Shown one piece after another: positions 50,590-62,800 of a stretch of DNA of 64,000 bases. The notes under the pieces were generated by a model. The model did no database searches. It saw only the letters and a list, made by a program, of their open reading frames with translations, and was not told where the DNA came from. Made by a program: the position numbers and the translations under genes. Origin of the DNA: Promethearchaeota archaeon (GTDB lineage Archaea > Asgardarchaeota > Lokiarchaeia > Sigyniarchaeales > SOKP01); the NCBI GenBank assembly GCA_048938005.1, contig JBHLMQ010000008.1, positions 17,509 to 81,508 on the forward strand, written 5' to 3'. The number at the start of each line of letters is the position of its first letter. The stretch's first letter is position 1.

Positions 50590-52110
50590 TTAATCCAATA
50601 TAGATTTTCCAATTACACTTGAATGTGGTTTAATTCCTAATAATTCTAATAGAGTCGGAACCATATCTGTTGTTTTACAATATTCCAATTCTTTCTGTGG
50701 AAGCTCAAGTGAACCTCCAATAATAAATGGAATTATCATACACTCTCTAGTTCCAATATCATGAATATAAGGTGAAGCACTTTTAGTTACTCCATGGTCA
50801 TAATTGAAGCCATATTCCCCTAACGTTGAAATAATAATATCGCATGATCGGGGATTTTTAAAATAGCGTGGAATTTGATCAATTATTATAGGGAAATTGA
50901 TATGATTTGTAGCTTCTAACCATTCTTCGAGTGTATGAAATTTATTATCCAGAATTTTTGCTGATTTCTCATTATCGCTGTATTGATAAAAATCGTTGCC
51001 TTTAAATGTATATTTGGTTTGTTGATCTTTTCCAAAACCTCTATATTCTATCATTCCATGTCTTTTTTTCCCAGAATTTTTATCAAAATATTCAATATGA
51101 ATTATTCCTTTTTCTGGTTTATTATCATCATCTCTATAATACATATATTTTACTCCAGGAATTTCCCATAGAGTATTAAACAAATTCATTTCTTGCTTTC
51201 CCTTTCCACTAACCATAAATTTCTGCATCTTTTGAATTAAAGGATGATGTTGCCACGTATCCCCTGGAAAATTAAAAAAACCCATTGATCCAATATTACA
51301 ATCAAAATCTCCAGTTCCTTTTTCGGGATTATATGGTATTAATCCTTTTTCTTGAAAAAATGGTTCAAGGTCGACAATTTTCTTTGCTTTGAAATTACCG
51401 TGATCAGAAATTAGGCCAATCGCAGTAGAATCATAATATCCTGTTTTTTTCAAAGTATTCATTAAAGATCCTAGATATCTATCGCACTCAACTATTAAAT
51501 TAATGTAATTAGGGTGGTCAAATCCTAATTCATGCATAAGATCATCAGTTTGAAAAACATAACCTACACTTAATATTGGAACTTCCTTATTTGGAAAATA
51601 AGTTTTAGGATGTTCAAATGCTTCTATGAGATGTTTAAAGATAGCCTCTACATCGTAAACACTTTTTCCCACAACAAAATATGCTCCACGAAATAAGAAG
51701 CAACTGGAACTTAAGATATTTCCCTCTGGTATTTGTTCAAAAATCGTTTTTACATTTTTACCAATATCTTTATTTGCTTTTAATAACTGCGATCTATCTC
51801 CATAATTACGAATAAATGGTGGCTTTTTACTGGTTGATGGTGGATCTTTCCTATTTAACCAATGATAGAGAGGAAGAGCATTCCCTTCTTTAGGAAAATA
51901 TCCCGAATATGAGCCAGTAACTATATTACCATAACATGGAAATGTAATTGCGGGATATGATGTAATACAATTTGAACATTTAATTCCATTTTCCGCAATT
52001 TGTGCCATATTTGGAAGCATACCCTCATTCATCAACTTAAATAAATGTTCAGCACGAACATCGTCAAGAATAATCAATATAACTTGGTTAACTTTGGCGC
52101 TCCGACTCAT
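50590..52110 (-). CDS. Alkaline phosphatase superfamily protein (nucleotide pyrophosphatase/phosphodiesterase-like)
   Basis: ILDDVR, YPAITFP, DDLMH, SDHG, TDMVPTLLELLG. Confidence 0.85.
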   Translation of the reverse strand: MSRSAKVNQVILIILDDVRAEHLFKLMNEGMLPNMAQIAENGIKCSNCITSYPAITFPCYGNIVTGSYSGYFPKEGNALPLYHWLNRKDPPSTSKKPPFIRNYGDRSQLLKANKDIGKNVKTIFEQIPEGNILSSSCFLFRGAYFVVGKSVYDVEAIFKHLIEAFEHPKTYFPNKEVPILSVGYVFQTDDLMHELGFDHPNYINLIVECDRYLGSLMNTLKKTGYYDSTAIGLISDHGNFKAKKIVDLEPFFQEKGLIPYNPEKGTGDFDCNIGSMGFFNFPGDTWQHHPLIQKMQKFMVSGKGKQEMNLFNTLWEIPGVKYMYYRDDDNKPEKGIIHIEYFDKNSGKKRHGMIEYRGFGKDQQTKYTFKGNDFYQYSDNEKSAKILDNKFHTLEEWLEATNHINFPIIIDQIPRYFKNPRSCDIIISTLGEYGFNYDHGVTKSASPYIHDIGTRECMIIPFIIGGSLELPQKELEYCKTTDMVPTLLELLGIKPHSSVIGKSILD

Positions 52111-52229
52111 CTTTATCTATTATTTGATAATAATTTATATAAATTTTAAATAAAATATTGTTGTGTAGAATTTGAATTTTTTATTTTAAAATTTAAAAAT
52201 CTACTGGAATTAATCAGGAAAACTATATA

Positions 52230-53312
52230 GTGATAATGAAAACTATTCATAAAATTTATTTTAAGGATTCATCTGATATGTGTGAGTTAGAGTCAGATTC
52301 AATAGACTTAATGATCACATCACCTCCTTATCCTATGATTGAAATGTGGGATTCATTATTTTCTTCTTTAAATGATGAAATTAAACAAGCACTTGATGTA
52401 GAGGATGGTAGAAAGGCGTTTAATTTGATGCATGAAGAATTAGGTAAAGTTTGGAAAGAAGTAGCACGCGTTTTAAAACATGGAGGAATAGGTTGTATAA
52501 ATATTGGAGATGCTACAAGAAAAATAGGTCATAATTTTCAAATATTCCCTAATCATGTTAAAATATCCAATTCTTTTTATGATAACGAATTTATTGAATT
52601 ACCTTGTATTTTATGGAGAAAACCGACAAATAGTCCGAATAAATTCTTGGGTTCTGGGATGTTGCCTCCTAATGCGTATGTTACTCTTGAACATGAATAT
52701 ATCTTAATTTTTAGGAAAGGAGATATTAAGCGTGATTTACCTCCAAAATCAGAAAACAGATATCATAGTGCTTTTTTTTGGGAAGAGAGAAATAAATGGT
52801 TTTCAGATATATGGGAAGATATAAAAGGAACAACTCAAAATTTAGATAAAAATAATGTTAACCAAAATAAAATAAGGGAAAGATCCGCGGCTTACCCATT
52901 GGAAGTACCATATCGTCTAATCAATATGTTTTCATTATACAAAGATACAATTTTGGATCCCTTTTGGGGAATAGGCACAACTACATTAGCTGCAATGCTT
53001 TCTGCAAGAAATTCAATTGGGTATGAGATTAACTCAGAATTTATGAATTTTTTCAAAATGAATATCCATAAACTTAAACAACTGAATTCTGATATTAATA
53101 ATGCAAGATTGAATAAACATATTGATTTTATTAAGAAATATAGTAAGGAAGTCAAAGAGACTAAATATAGATCAGTGCATTATAACGTTCCCGTTATTAC
53201 AAAACAAGAGAAAGAAATATTATTATACTCAATAAACAATTATAGTGAAAATAGAAATGAATTTGTGCTCACATATGAAAAATTCAAATTTGACCATAAA
53301 ACAAAATTTTAA
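52230..53312 (+). CDS. Site-specific DNA methyltransferase (beta-class N4/N6), apparently orphan
   Basis: ITSPPY (motif IV) before LDPFWGIGTT (motif I), SIGYEI. Confidence 0.9.
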   Translation: MIMKTIHKIYFKDSSDMCELESDSIDLMITSPPYPMIEMWDSLFSSLNDEIKQALDVEDGRKAFNLMHEELGKVWKEVARVLKHGGIGCINIGDATRKIGHNFQIFPNHVKISNSFYDNEFIELPCILWRKPTNSPNKFLGSGMLPPNAYVTLEHEYILIFRKGDIKRDLPPKSENRYHSAFFWEERNKWFSDIWEDIKGTTQNLDKNNVNQNKIRERSAAYPLEVPYRLINMFSLYKDTILDPFWGIGTTTLAAMLSARNSIGYEINSEFMNFFKMNIHKLKQLNSDINNARLNKHIDFIKKYSKEVKETKYRSVHYNVPVITKQEKEILLYSINNYSENRNEFVLTYEKFKFDHKTKF

Positions 53313-53487
53313 TTTATGAATGTGTATAACTTAGCTTATAGTTTAAGCTACTATTATATCTAAGCAATACACTTTCTTATAATATTTATATAAATAATTT
53401 AACTCTGGACTGAATAGTAATAAATGGTGAATCTTAATATTTAATTAAACATATAAACATATACTCTTTTTAAAGGGAGAACTCATT

Positions 53488-54273
53488 ATGAAGGATGATG
53501 AAAGTATTTTAAATTCGTTAAAAAGTCAGATACATAAATTAAAATTGGAATTAGACAAAAAAAATCAAGAAATCAATATCTATAATGAGAAAATCCATGA
53601 TAATGAAGAGGAACTTATGAAACTTCATGAGTTTATTTCAAAAACACCCTCTCAAGCAACTTTTCAAAAAATAATTGAAACTAAATATAGTTTTGAATTA
53701 AAAGAGAAAGAAAGGGAAATTAGAGATTTAAAAAATCGTATGGGATTCTTAAGACAAGAAAAAAATGCCTTCCAAAGAGAACTAGAAGAACTTAAAAAAA
53801 GAAATAAATCATCAGCGTTATCTGTAGAGGAGATAAGGGAGAACCAAAAAAAAATCAATGATTTATTAAGTCTTGAGAATTTAGCTATTGAATTACGAAA
53901 AGAACTTTATATGCAAGAAATTTTATTGGGAAATTTCAAAAAAGAAATCGTAAAAAAAGACAAGCAAATTAAAAATTTAAATCTAACTAAAAAAGAATTA
54001 AATAAAGAAATTAAAATTAAAAATTCACTATTAGAAGGTAAGGTTAATAGAAAAATAAAAAGAGAGTTAAATAAAGAACTGCAAAAGGAACTCAATAAAT
54101 GTGAAAAACAGATAGAAGATTTAAGAAATAAATTGATTAAATACAAAAAAGCTAAAGGAGAGAAAATTAAGCATAAAATTGAAATAAATGAACTTAAAAA
54201 TAAGTTAAATTTTTTAGAAAAAGAATTGGAAAACAAGGATAGAAAAATTAATGAACTAGAGTCTCAGAAATAA
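53488..54273 (+). CDS. Coiled-coil hypothetical protein
   Basis: K/E/L-rich heptads throughout; GGGAG SD. Confidence 0.6.
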   Translation: MKDDESILNSLKSQIHKLKLELDKKNQEINIYNEKIHDNEEELMKLHEFISKTPSQATFQKIIETKYSFELKEKEREIRDLKNRMGFLRQEKNAFQRELEELKKRNKSSALSVEEIRENQKKINDLLSLENLAIELRKELYMQEILLGNFKKEIVKKDKQIKNLNLTKKELNKEIKIKNSLLEGKVNRKIKRELNKELQKELNKCEKQIEDLRNKLIKYKKAKGEKIKHKIEINELKNKLNFLEKELENKDRKINELESQK

Positions 54274-54426
54274 CTATTCCAAAAACCAATATTATTTGAA
54301 TAAAGATGTTTGCACAATCTAAGATAAGAATGAATTTATGAGCCTAATTAGGTATTTTAACAAATTATTTCAAATAAATTCAAAATATCTAAATCTTTCT
54401 TAAAATAAAGGATAGCACGATTTAAA

Positions 54427-56481
54427 TTAAAAAATTGATGCTATAAATTTATAGGCGATATATAAAAAAGATTCATTTACATTCTCTCCAGTTTTGGCAG
54501 AAGTAATAATATAATTAAGCCCATATCGATTAGCAGTTATTCTTATATCTTCTTCACTAACTAATATTTTATCTACTAAGTCTGATTTATTTCCTATCAA
54601 AATAACATTAAGTTCTCCTTTAATATAAGTTTTAATTTCATTAAGCCATTCATCAATGGATTCAAGACTATCTGGGCGTGTTCTATCTATTACAATTAAA
54701 GCACAATTTGCTCCTTCATAAAATTTCTTTCTATAAGGTGCCATTTTAGTTATCTGACCACCGATATCCCATATTATGAATTTAATTTTTGTGTTTTCAC
54801 CTAATTTTATTAACCTTTGTGAAATATCTACTCCCACTGTAGAGTGATAGTCTTCTTTAAAAAGATTTTGTACAAATCTTGTTATCAGCGATGTTTTTCC
54901 TACTGCAAAATCACCGATCAAAATTAGTTTAAGTGAAAAATCACCAACAGGGATTTTACCATCTTTTGTTTTAGCAAGTATTTTTACGATGTCTGGGATC
55001 TCAAGTGATACTTTTTCATTTCCTTCTAAAAGTAACTCGACTTTTTTCGCAACATGTTCAGAATAAACACGTAGTTCAGTATCATTAGTTGTTAGATCAG
55101 CAATCGTTAATAATATTGATTTTTGTCCCATTGAACAATAGGCGAATTTTTTATCTTGAATTGTGGTAATATTGAAAAAACTACTTTCTTTACCGAATTC
55201 TTTTTTAATTCTCTCTATATAACTATCAACCATGACAGCTATTGCCCCTAAAACTGATTCATCTTCAGTATCTTTTCTACTCTCTGAAGTTATAACAAAA
55301 CCATCGCGATCACTTATTATTACCGCTAAAACGTTTTTCACATTATTCATATAATTTAATAATAGTGTTTTCAGATGACCTTCTAATGAAAAAATTGTTC
55401 TGTGTACACCTGTGATTTCAGAACTTGGGAGTTCTTTAGCGATTTCAAATTTTTTTAACCTTACTTTAACTTCTTGATATTTTTTATAGAATTCCATTTT
55501 GAGAGGATTTTCACCAAGTTTTAAACAGATATTAATAATCTTTTTATAAATGAAATCTGCTCTCTCTAAATTAACCTCTTCTAAAGCATTTTCAAATTCA
55601 TTTATCAAATTTTTCCTTTCCAATTTTAAATTTAATAGAGGAGAAATTTCCTCATGCATCTCTAAAGTATCTACAATAATTTGTATTAATTTGTCTTTAT
55701 TTTCTGTATTTTTTGCACTAATTGGAATTGTTTTTAATCCAATGATTTCTTCTATTTGGGATGGTGTCATTGCATTATTTAAATCCTGCTTATTAGCTAA
55801 AACAAAAGCATAAGCTTGAGGAACCTCTTCTTTAATTTTTTTCAAAAAAAATTTACTTTTTTCTACATTATCTAAAGTGCTATTTGTGATTATAATTAAG
55901 AGATCGCTTCCTTTAATGAAATTATTCCAAAGAAAACCAATTTCTTCTTGCCCCGTAAAATCTCGTATTAAAAAGTATAATCCTCCAATTTTAAGAGTTG
56001 ATATTTCACCACTAATTTTTGAATCTTTTAAAATAGGGAATTCTTTTGTTCTAATTAGATCAGTGATAGTTGTTTTACCAACTCCAGAGTATCCTAAAAA
56101 TGATATTACTGGTGGAAATTTATTGTATACAGAATTAAGAAATTCATCGAATTTTTTTAAAATACTAGGATCAATTTGCTCATCTAGGATTTCCATGAAT
56201 AATCTTAAAAATTCTTTCCTACATCTTTTTAATTCTTTTTTAATTAAAATAAAATCATCAGTTTTGCTATGAACAAATAAAAATAAAAGTTTGAAATCTT
56301 TCTCAGATATGAATGAAATTCTGTATTTCTTTAAATCATTATAATGAATATGTTCAATATCAACATCCTTAGAAAGAATATTTTGTATTGATGATTCAAA
56401 CACTTCTTGCGATAGAGCTTTACCGAAATTTCTTCTATATATTAGAGTGGCGTTTTTATAAATATTTACTTGTCTTAAAAT
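54427..56481 (-). CDS. Multidomain longin + Arf/Rag-like GTPase + roadblock + Rab-like GTPase
   Basis: GTPase 1: GYSGVGKT, DFTGQ, NKQD, SAK. Roadblock: VIISDRDGFVITS...LGAIA. GTPase 2: GDFAVGKTS, TVGVD, WDIGGQ, NKSD, SAKTG. Frame extends upstream of 56403 to ATT at 56481. Confidence 0.85.
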   Translation of the reverse strand: MLRQVNIYKNATLIYRRNFGKALSQEVFESSIQNILSKDVDIEHIHYNDLKKYRISFISEKDFKLLFLFVHSKTDDFILIKKELKRCRKEFLRLFMEILDEQIDPSILKKFDEFLNSVYNKFPPVISFLGYSGVGKTTITDLIRTKEFPILKDSKISGEISTLKIGGLYFLIRDFTGQEEIGFLWNNFIKGSDLLIIITNSTLDNVEKSKFFLKKIKEEVPQAYAFVLANKQDLNNAMTPSQIEEIIGLKTIPISAKNTENKDKLIQIIVDTLEMHEEISPLLNLKLERKNLINEFENALEEVNLERADFIYKKIINICLKLGENPLKMEFYKKYQEVKVRLKKFEIAKELPSSEITGVHRTIFSLEGHLKTLLLNYMNNVKNVLAVIISDRDGFVITSESRKDTEDESVLGAIAVMVDSYIERIKKEFGKESSFFNITTIQDKKFAYCSMGQKSILLTIADLTTNDTELRVYSEHVAKKVELLLEGNEKVSLEIPDIVKILAKTKDGKIPVGDFSLKLILIGDFAVGKTSLITRFVQNLFKEDYHSTVGVDISQRLIKLGENTKIKFIIWDIGGQITKMAPYRKKFYEGANCALIVIDRTRPDSLESIDEWLNEIKTYIKGELNVILIGNKSDLVDKILVSEEDIRITANRYGLNYIITSAKTGENVNESFLYIAYKFIASIF

Positions 56482-56626
56482 GATACTTCACTATATAAAA
56501 TAGATATTCTTTTATTATAATAATTTGAGTTAAAATTTATTTATTGTATAATATATGTAAAATTCAGATTATATATGTTTTAAGGCTTCAACTTCTTTTT
56601 GACTATTTCTTCATTTATTCTCTATG

Positions 56627-56643
56627 GGCGAAATTGCGTTTAT
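56627..56643. repeat. Short fragment related to both ends of the mvk insert
   Basis: GGCGAAATTGCGTTTAT: first 9 nt identical to 43066-43074; last 11 nt are the reverse complement of 43092-43102. Confidence 0.45.
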
Positions 56644-56862
56644 ATGCTTCATTTTTTATAAGATAATTATATTATAAAATTTTTTACTATTTTCACAATA
56701 AAAAGATTTAAATTTAGCTAACCAAATAGTGATGATATTTACAGCGCTAATTATATTAATCCTATCAAAATTGATCTATAAAAATATATACCCGTTTTGT
56801 TATAGTTATTTTTAAGGATACAAGGTATATCGAATATTATTAATAAAGGGATTAAATTAAAA

Positions 56863-59800
56863 ATGAAAATTAATAAAAAATATGACAGAAAGTCAAAAAA
56901 TAAAATAAAATTCTTAGCAATTCTTTTATTCACATTAATTCTTACAACAACAATTAATATACAATTATTTACAATTTTTGGTAGAAATACAAGTAAAAAT
57001 ATTGTAAAAGATCCTATGGAAAAATTATCTCTTTCTACCCCTTCAAACAATCTTCCTAATGCAGATTATTTTAATTATTATAAGGTTATAACCATTGATC
57101 ACACAAAAGTTAATGGATCAGACCATCACAACTTTCCTGTTTTAATTTCTATTATTGACTCAGACTTGGATGACAAAACTCAGTTTGATGGTGATGATAT
57201 CGCCTTTGCTAATAATACTACTTGGTTGGACCATGAGATAGAACTATATAATCCTAGCTATAGTGCTACTCAAGCTCAATTGATAGCATGGGTCAGGATT
57301 CCCTTGTTATCTACTTCTAGTGATACTATAATATTCATGTTTTATGGTAACTCAACTATGGGCTCCCAAGAAAATCCAACAGGAGTTTGGAATACCAATT
57401 ATAAGGGAGTATGGCATTTAAAGGAAGATCCTGGTCCTGGAATTCCAGGAGATATTAAAGATTCAACTAGTAATAGTAATCACGGAACTGCTATTAGTAT
57501 GGGCTCCAGTGATCAGGAACCAGGACAGATTGATGGTAGCTTAAATTTTGATGGAAATGCCGATCCTGATTATGTTAATATCAATAATATTGGCCCAGGA
57601 ATAAAAACTATTGAATTTTGGATGAATCCTAATACTCTCGGTAGTTCTGATTCTTATAATACAGGTTATAGGAGTCCAAGTGCAACTGGATATGACTATG
57701 ATGAATGGACTAATCCACAAGACGCTTATAGCAGTAATAATATTAGAGCATCAGAATCGACTAATTATGACGATCAAGATTGGTACAACTTTAATTTTAA
57801 TATACCTGCTGAGGCTACCATTGATGGAATTTTGGTGTCCATTGAAGCACATACCTCACAACAATACCAATCAACTGGATGTAGAGTTAGACTCTCTGGG
57901 AATGGGGGAATACGTTATACTAGTTATAAATCTCAAAGTTGGTATAGTACAATTGATTCATATAGATCTGTTGGTGGTTCGTCAGACACATGGGGGGAGT
58001 CGTGGTCACCCTCTAATTTTTCTAATTCTAATTTTAGAGTTTGGTTAGAAAAAACAGGTTCTACTTATTACACTTTAAGTGTTGACCATATAAGGATTAT
58101 TGTTTATTATAGTATTTTATCTGATATACCCATAATTGATTTAAATGGCACTACTCAAATTTCTATTGATGCAAATAGTGGTGAAATAAAAACCCTTAGT
58201 TTCCCGGGCGCAACAAATATTTATGTTAACGGCGTAAATAGCTCGACTGTAACCGCAGGTGAATGGTATCATGTGGCAATTACAGATACAGTTGGCATTA
58301 TTAGTTCGACTTTGGATATAGCTAGGAATGCTTCAAGCTATTTTGATGGTACTATTGATGAGTTTCGTCTCTCCAACGTAGAACGTTCAGAAGATTGGAT
58401 TACTGCTGAATACAATAATCAAAAAGATCCTGGTAATTTTTTCTCAGTTGGAGGGGAAGAGACTCCACTTACCGATCTACAGGTTAATGCCACTGATTTA
58501 TATGGCAATCCAATACCAAATGTAAATATTTCTCTCTATAAAAATAATGATTTAATTAGGAGTGATATCGCAGAGGCTAATGGAAGTGTTATATTTGAAG
58601 ATTTAATTTCTATTGAAGATAAATATAACTTTACTGTCTCCATGACATCAAATATTCTTCCCTATAAAAGTATAACTATTAATAGAACAACAGAAGCTAT
58701 CCTTATAGAAGGAGCATTTCAGACTATTAATTTAATTTGCAACATAAGCAGAAATATCTTTAATGTGGTAGATAATGATGGGGTTCCCCTTGATTCGGGA
58801 TGGATAATAGTTGGTAATAGTTCAGATCCAATTCAGAATTGTACGATTGATAATTCAGGACATGCAACATTTCGATGGTTAAACACTAGTCCTTATCAAT
58901 ATAATTATACAGTATGGTATCAAGATTTTAATTACAATCCGAAAAAAATTATAATAGCATCGGGGGATATATTTACACCAAATTTCGATGTCAATGTAAC
59001 TGCGATCTTAACTACAGTTAACTTTACAGTGTTAACTTATGATTACCCTTACACCCCTGTTAATGGTGCAAAATTAATACTAGACAAGCTTAGTCCAGTT
59101 GAAAATATAGTAAATTTAACCACGAATTTAAATGGAAAAGCAACACTTAGATGGGTAAATTCTTCTGGAATAAATTCAAATTATTCCTTAAGAGTTAGTT
59201 TTTATGGACAATTCTGGGATTTTGAAATACCCGGTATGACTGGAGTAGTAGGGAAGACAAATTTTACTGTGAAAGCTGAAATTACTTATAATATAAGCAT
59301 TCATTTCGCTCCAACTGAGTTAGAAAAATTGGAAACAAAATTAGTATCTTTAAATCCAACAAATAATATTATTGTTGAATGGGGTTCGAAAATAAAATTA
59401 AGAGCTCTTTTGAATGTTACCAAAGTACCTTCTGGACCTGAATATAAAGATTTACTAGGACCAACTTATGCAGATTCAATGAAATATCAAATATTTGAAG
59501 ACACAACTCTCATTCAATCCAATATAATGTCTCCAGAAGATGATTATATTGGTAGACATCAGGTAGAAATTGAAACTGATGAGTTAGAAATTGAGACCAT
59601 ATATACACTTAAAATAAGTGCTCAAAAATCTGGTTATGTTTTACCTCCAGATGTAATAATGTTTCTATACCTTAATGAAAATGAGTTAATATTAAACCAA
59701 TCACAAAACGATGATTCATCCCAATCAGTATATTGGCAAGAGAGTGTTGAAATGTCAGTAAAACCTTATGGTATAATTTCTGAATTTTCTACTTTTGAAT

Positions 59801-62800
59801 ATAATATTTATGATATAAATTACGATACACCATTTAAGTTTTCAATTCCAGATATCTCAAACGATTGGAATTTATCACAGATTACCTTTAATATTTATGA
59901 CATTATTTGGAATGCTCCACCCGATGATATAAATATTACTATTGCGGTGAATGGTTATGGAATCCTCGAAGTTTTTAATATTAGTAATCATGATGGCCAC
60001 GATTATGCGCAAGGTATATGGACAGGAATAGAGCTTAACATAGACAAAAGTAGTCCCACTGGTGATAACAGTTTTGAGTTTTCCATTGGAGGGACATTTT
60101 CTGGTAATATAGACATTATAGCTGATGCCTTGTTTATTAGAGATAAAATTAATGTTCAATATTCAAGATTTAACATTACAGAGACTATATCTCTTTTAAC
60201 TGCAGCTGAAGGATGGGCTATAAAAAATATTACTTTTGAACTCTATAACTGCTTCAATACTTCCAATTGGACACCAATAAATCCCTTATCTGACATTAAT
60301 TTGAATATATCTACCAATGAAGGAATTAAATATGCAATGGATTCAGGAAGTTCTGGCTATGGAAAGTTAATCATAGATGATCGAATTATTTACCCTTTAG
60401 ATAACCAATTCTTATTCACCGTAGAAAGTAATCCAGATGTTATGTTTGATGTTATAATTAAAGTTGAATACATTCAAGAATTTCAGCAAAATCAATATCT
60501 AGAGACAATTTATATATCGAAGACAGAATATAACAATGGAGGAACTTTTCAAGTCAGAGTCGATGAGAAAGATTGGATTGAAGATTCTACAAAATTACTG
60601 ATTAGTGAAATCTACGACGGTGAAAATTATCTTCTTCCATCAGAAGTGGCAATGAATATTACAATTGGTGGAACCTCTTATAACGTTTCTGATGTTATTT
60701 TAGGGCAAGGAATTTTTTCATTAGAAAATTTAGATAAAGATACTATATACCAAGCTGTTATAAGCACAAACAAACCAACTATTTTCAATCTAAATTTTAC
60801 AATAGACTACTCAAGAATGGAAATTTATGAAACAAAAGGAATTGTTACTTATATAATAGAAAAATCTGCTATATTTGGAACTGTTCAGTATAATGAGGAT
60901 CTGGAATGTTATCTACAACCTATAAATACAACTATACTCGATACCATAGATTATACTATAAGATTCACTGTTATTAAACAAAATTATGCTTCAGCTATAA
61001 AAGACTTAGATTTGACTGTATTAGATCGTCTAACATTGATTAATGGATCTTCGGGATTCTTCAGAAAACCTGAAAATATTTATATTGGTGATGCTATTAA
61101 TTTTTCTTTTGTATATACTGATTTATTAAATGGAACTAAAATTACTGATTTAACAGCTCAATATTATATATGGGAGAAATATGATATTGATGGCAATGTA
61201 ATTGCTAGTGGACAAGGAACTTTAGTCACTACTACCGATCAATTACATGTATTAGATTTTGATACTGAAAATTTAACTCTTGGAGAATATTTGTTAATTG
61301 CTACAATAGGTAAAAAAAATTATGAATATAAAAATGCCATAATTTCTTTAACTGTCAATAAAAGAACAATTATTCCTCTTCTCAACGATGGAATTAACCA
61401 AATAAATGTTAAAAAAGGAGTAACTGCTACTTTAAGATTAGAATTAACAGATCCTACAAGAGGGGATATTCCATTACAAAATGCAACAGTTTTATTGACT
61501 ATAATGGGGAGGGACTATGAATTTGAAGAAAGTGAGCCTGGTATATATATTTTTAATTTTCACACAGGCAATATAGATACATTTTTTAATCCAAAAACGT
61601 TTATAGGAAAAATTAATATTTCTAAAGAAGATTATAAATCTGAAGAATTAACTATTACTATCGTTGTTGGAATGGATGAGATCTTTCCTGGTATACCTAC
61701 ATTTTATTTCTTAGTAATTGTGATTGGAATTCTTGGAATAGTGGGTAGTCTTGTAGCATATAGAGCATATAAACATGCTAAAATTCCTACATTTGTGAAA
61801 AAAGTTCGAGCGATGAAAAAAACTATTGATGGAGAAAAACCCATTTCAGAAGAGATTTTATATAGAGATAAAGAAGTATTTATTGGAGAAATTATAAAAA
61901 ATAAATGGAAAGCAATTGGATTATCCATAGAAGATATTTTTAGTATAAACCTTGAAAAAGAGAAAAAAGAACAAAAAATACAAAAGAAGATTTCTGAATC
62001 TGTTAGAGAGCATGACAAAAAACCTCTTGGACTAGTATTAATGAAATGGGACGAAAAAATTGGCACTAATATCATAGCTAAATATCCCGAAGATCTCAAA
62101 ATTACAACAAAAAGTTTAATGCAAGTATATAGCACCCATGAATATAGTGGTGAACAAGGTGTGATCACATTAATAACAGAATCATTAAATATTATCTCAT
62201 ATTACACTGGACCTGAGAGTGGTTATTATCTTCTCCTACTTTTGAATTTAGATGACGATCCTGATGTATATGAAGCGGGAATGGCAGATAATGTACGGAT
62301 TATTTTAGAAAATTTGAAAGATGAGTCTTATTTACAACTGATTCCATCACTATTTCAGCGATTATCTGTATATCCATCGCTTAGTGAGGAGGAAATCCTT
62401 ATCTCCCATTATCAAAATGGAATTAAACGAACAATTATTAATATTTTAAGAGAAGAAGGAGTAATTTCCAAATCTGAATTGGATATATGGCTCAAAGATA
62501 AATTTATTGGAGGATTTTTCGACATCGACGCTATTTTGATGGATCTTATTAAAATGGAAATAATAAAAGTCGCTTCCATCAAAGGTTTGCCCTCTGAACT
62601 CATTTTTCTAATCAAAGATCTTTATATGCTTCGAATACCCCCAATTAAATTATTAGATAATCTTGTGAACCGTGGTTTGCCTTCTCAATTTGCTAAAGAA
62701 TATTTAAATAATATAAAAGAATTTTTCCAAGATTATCATCCAACAGAAGAAGATAACCTTAAAATTATTAATGCATTAATCAATCCACAAGTTTTTGAGA

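Noticed and set aside
53488-54273. Coiled-coil gene as an SMC/ESCRT-III/crescentin-like cytoskeletal protein or restriction partner
   Set aside because: Only generic heptads; no ATPase, nuclease or family-specific motif is visible.
57680-58048. 122-aa same-strand ORF nested in the giant gene
   Set aside because: Alternative frame starting at GTG, no recognisable features; best explained as a chance open frame.
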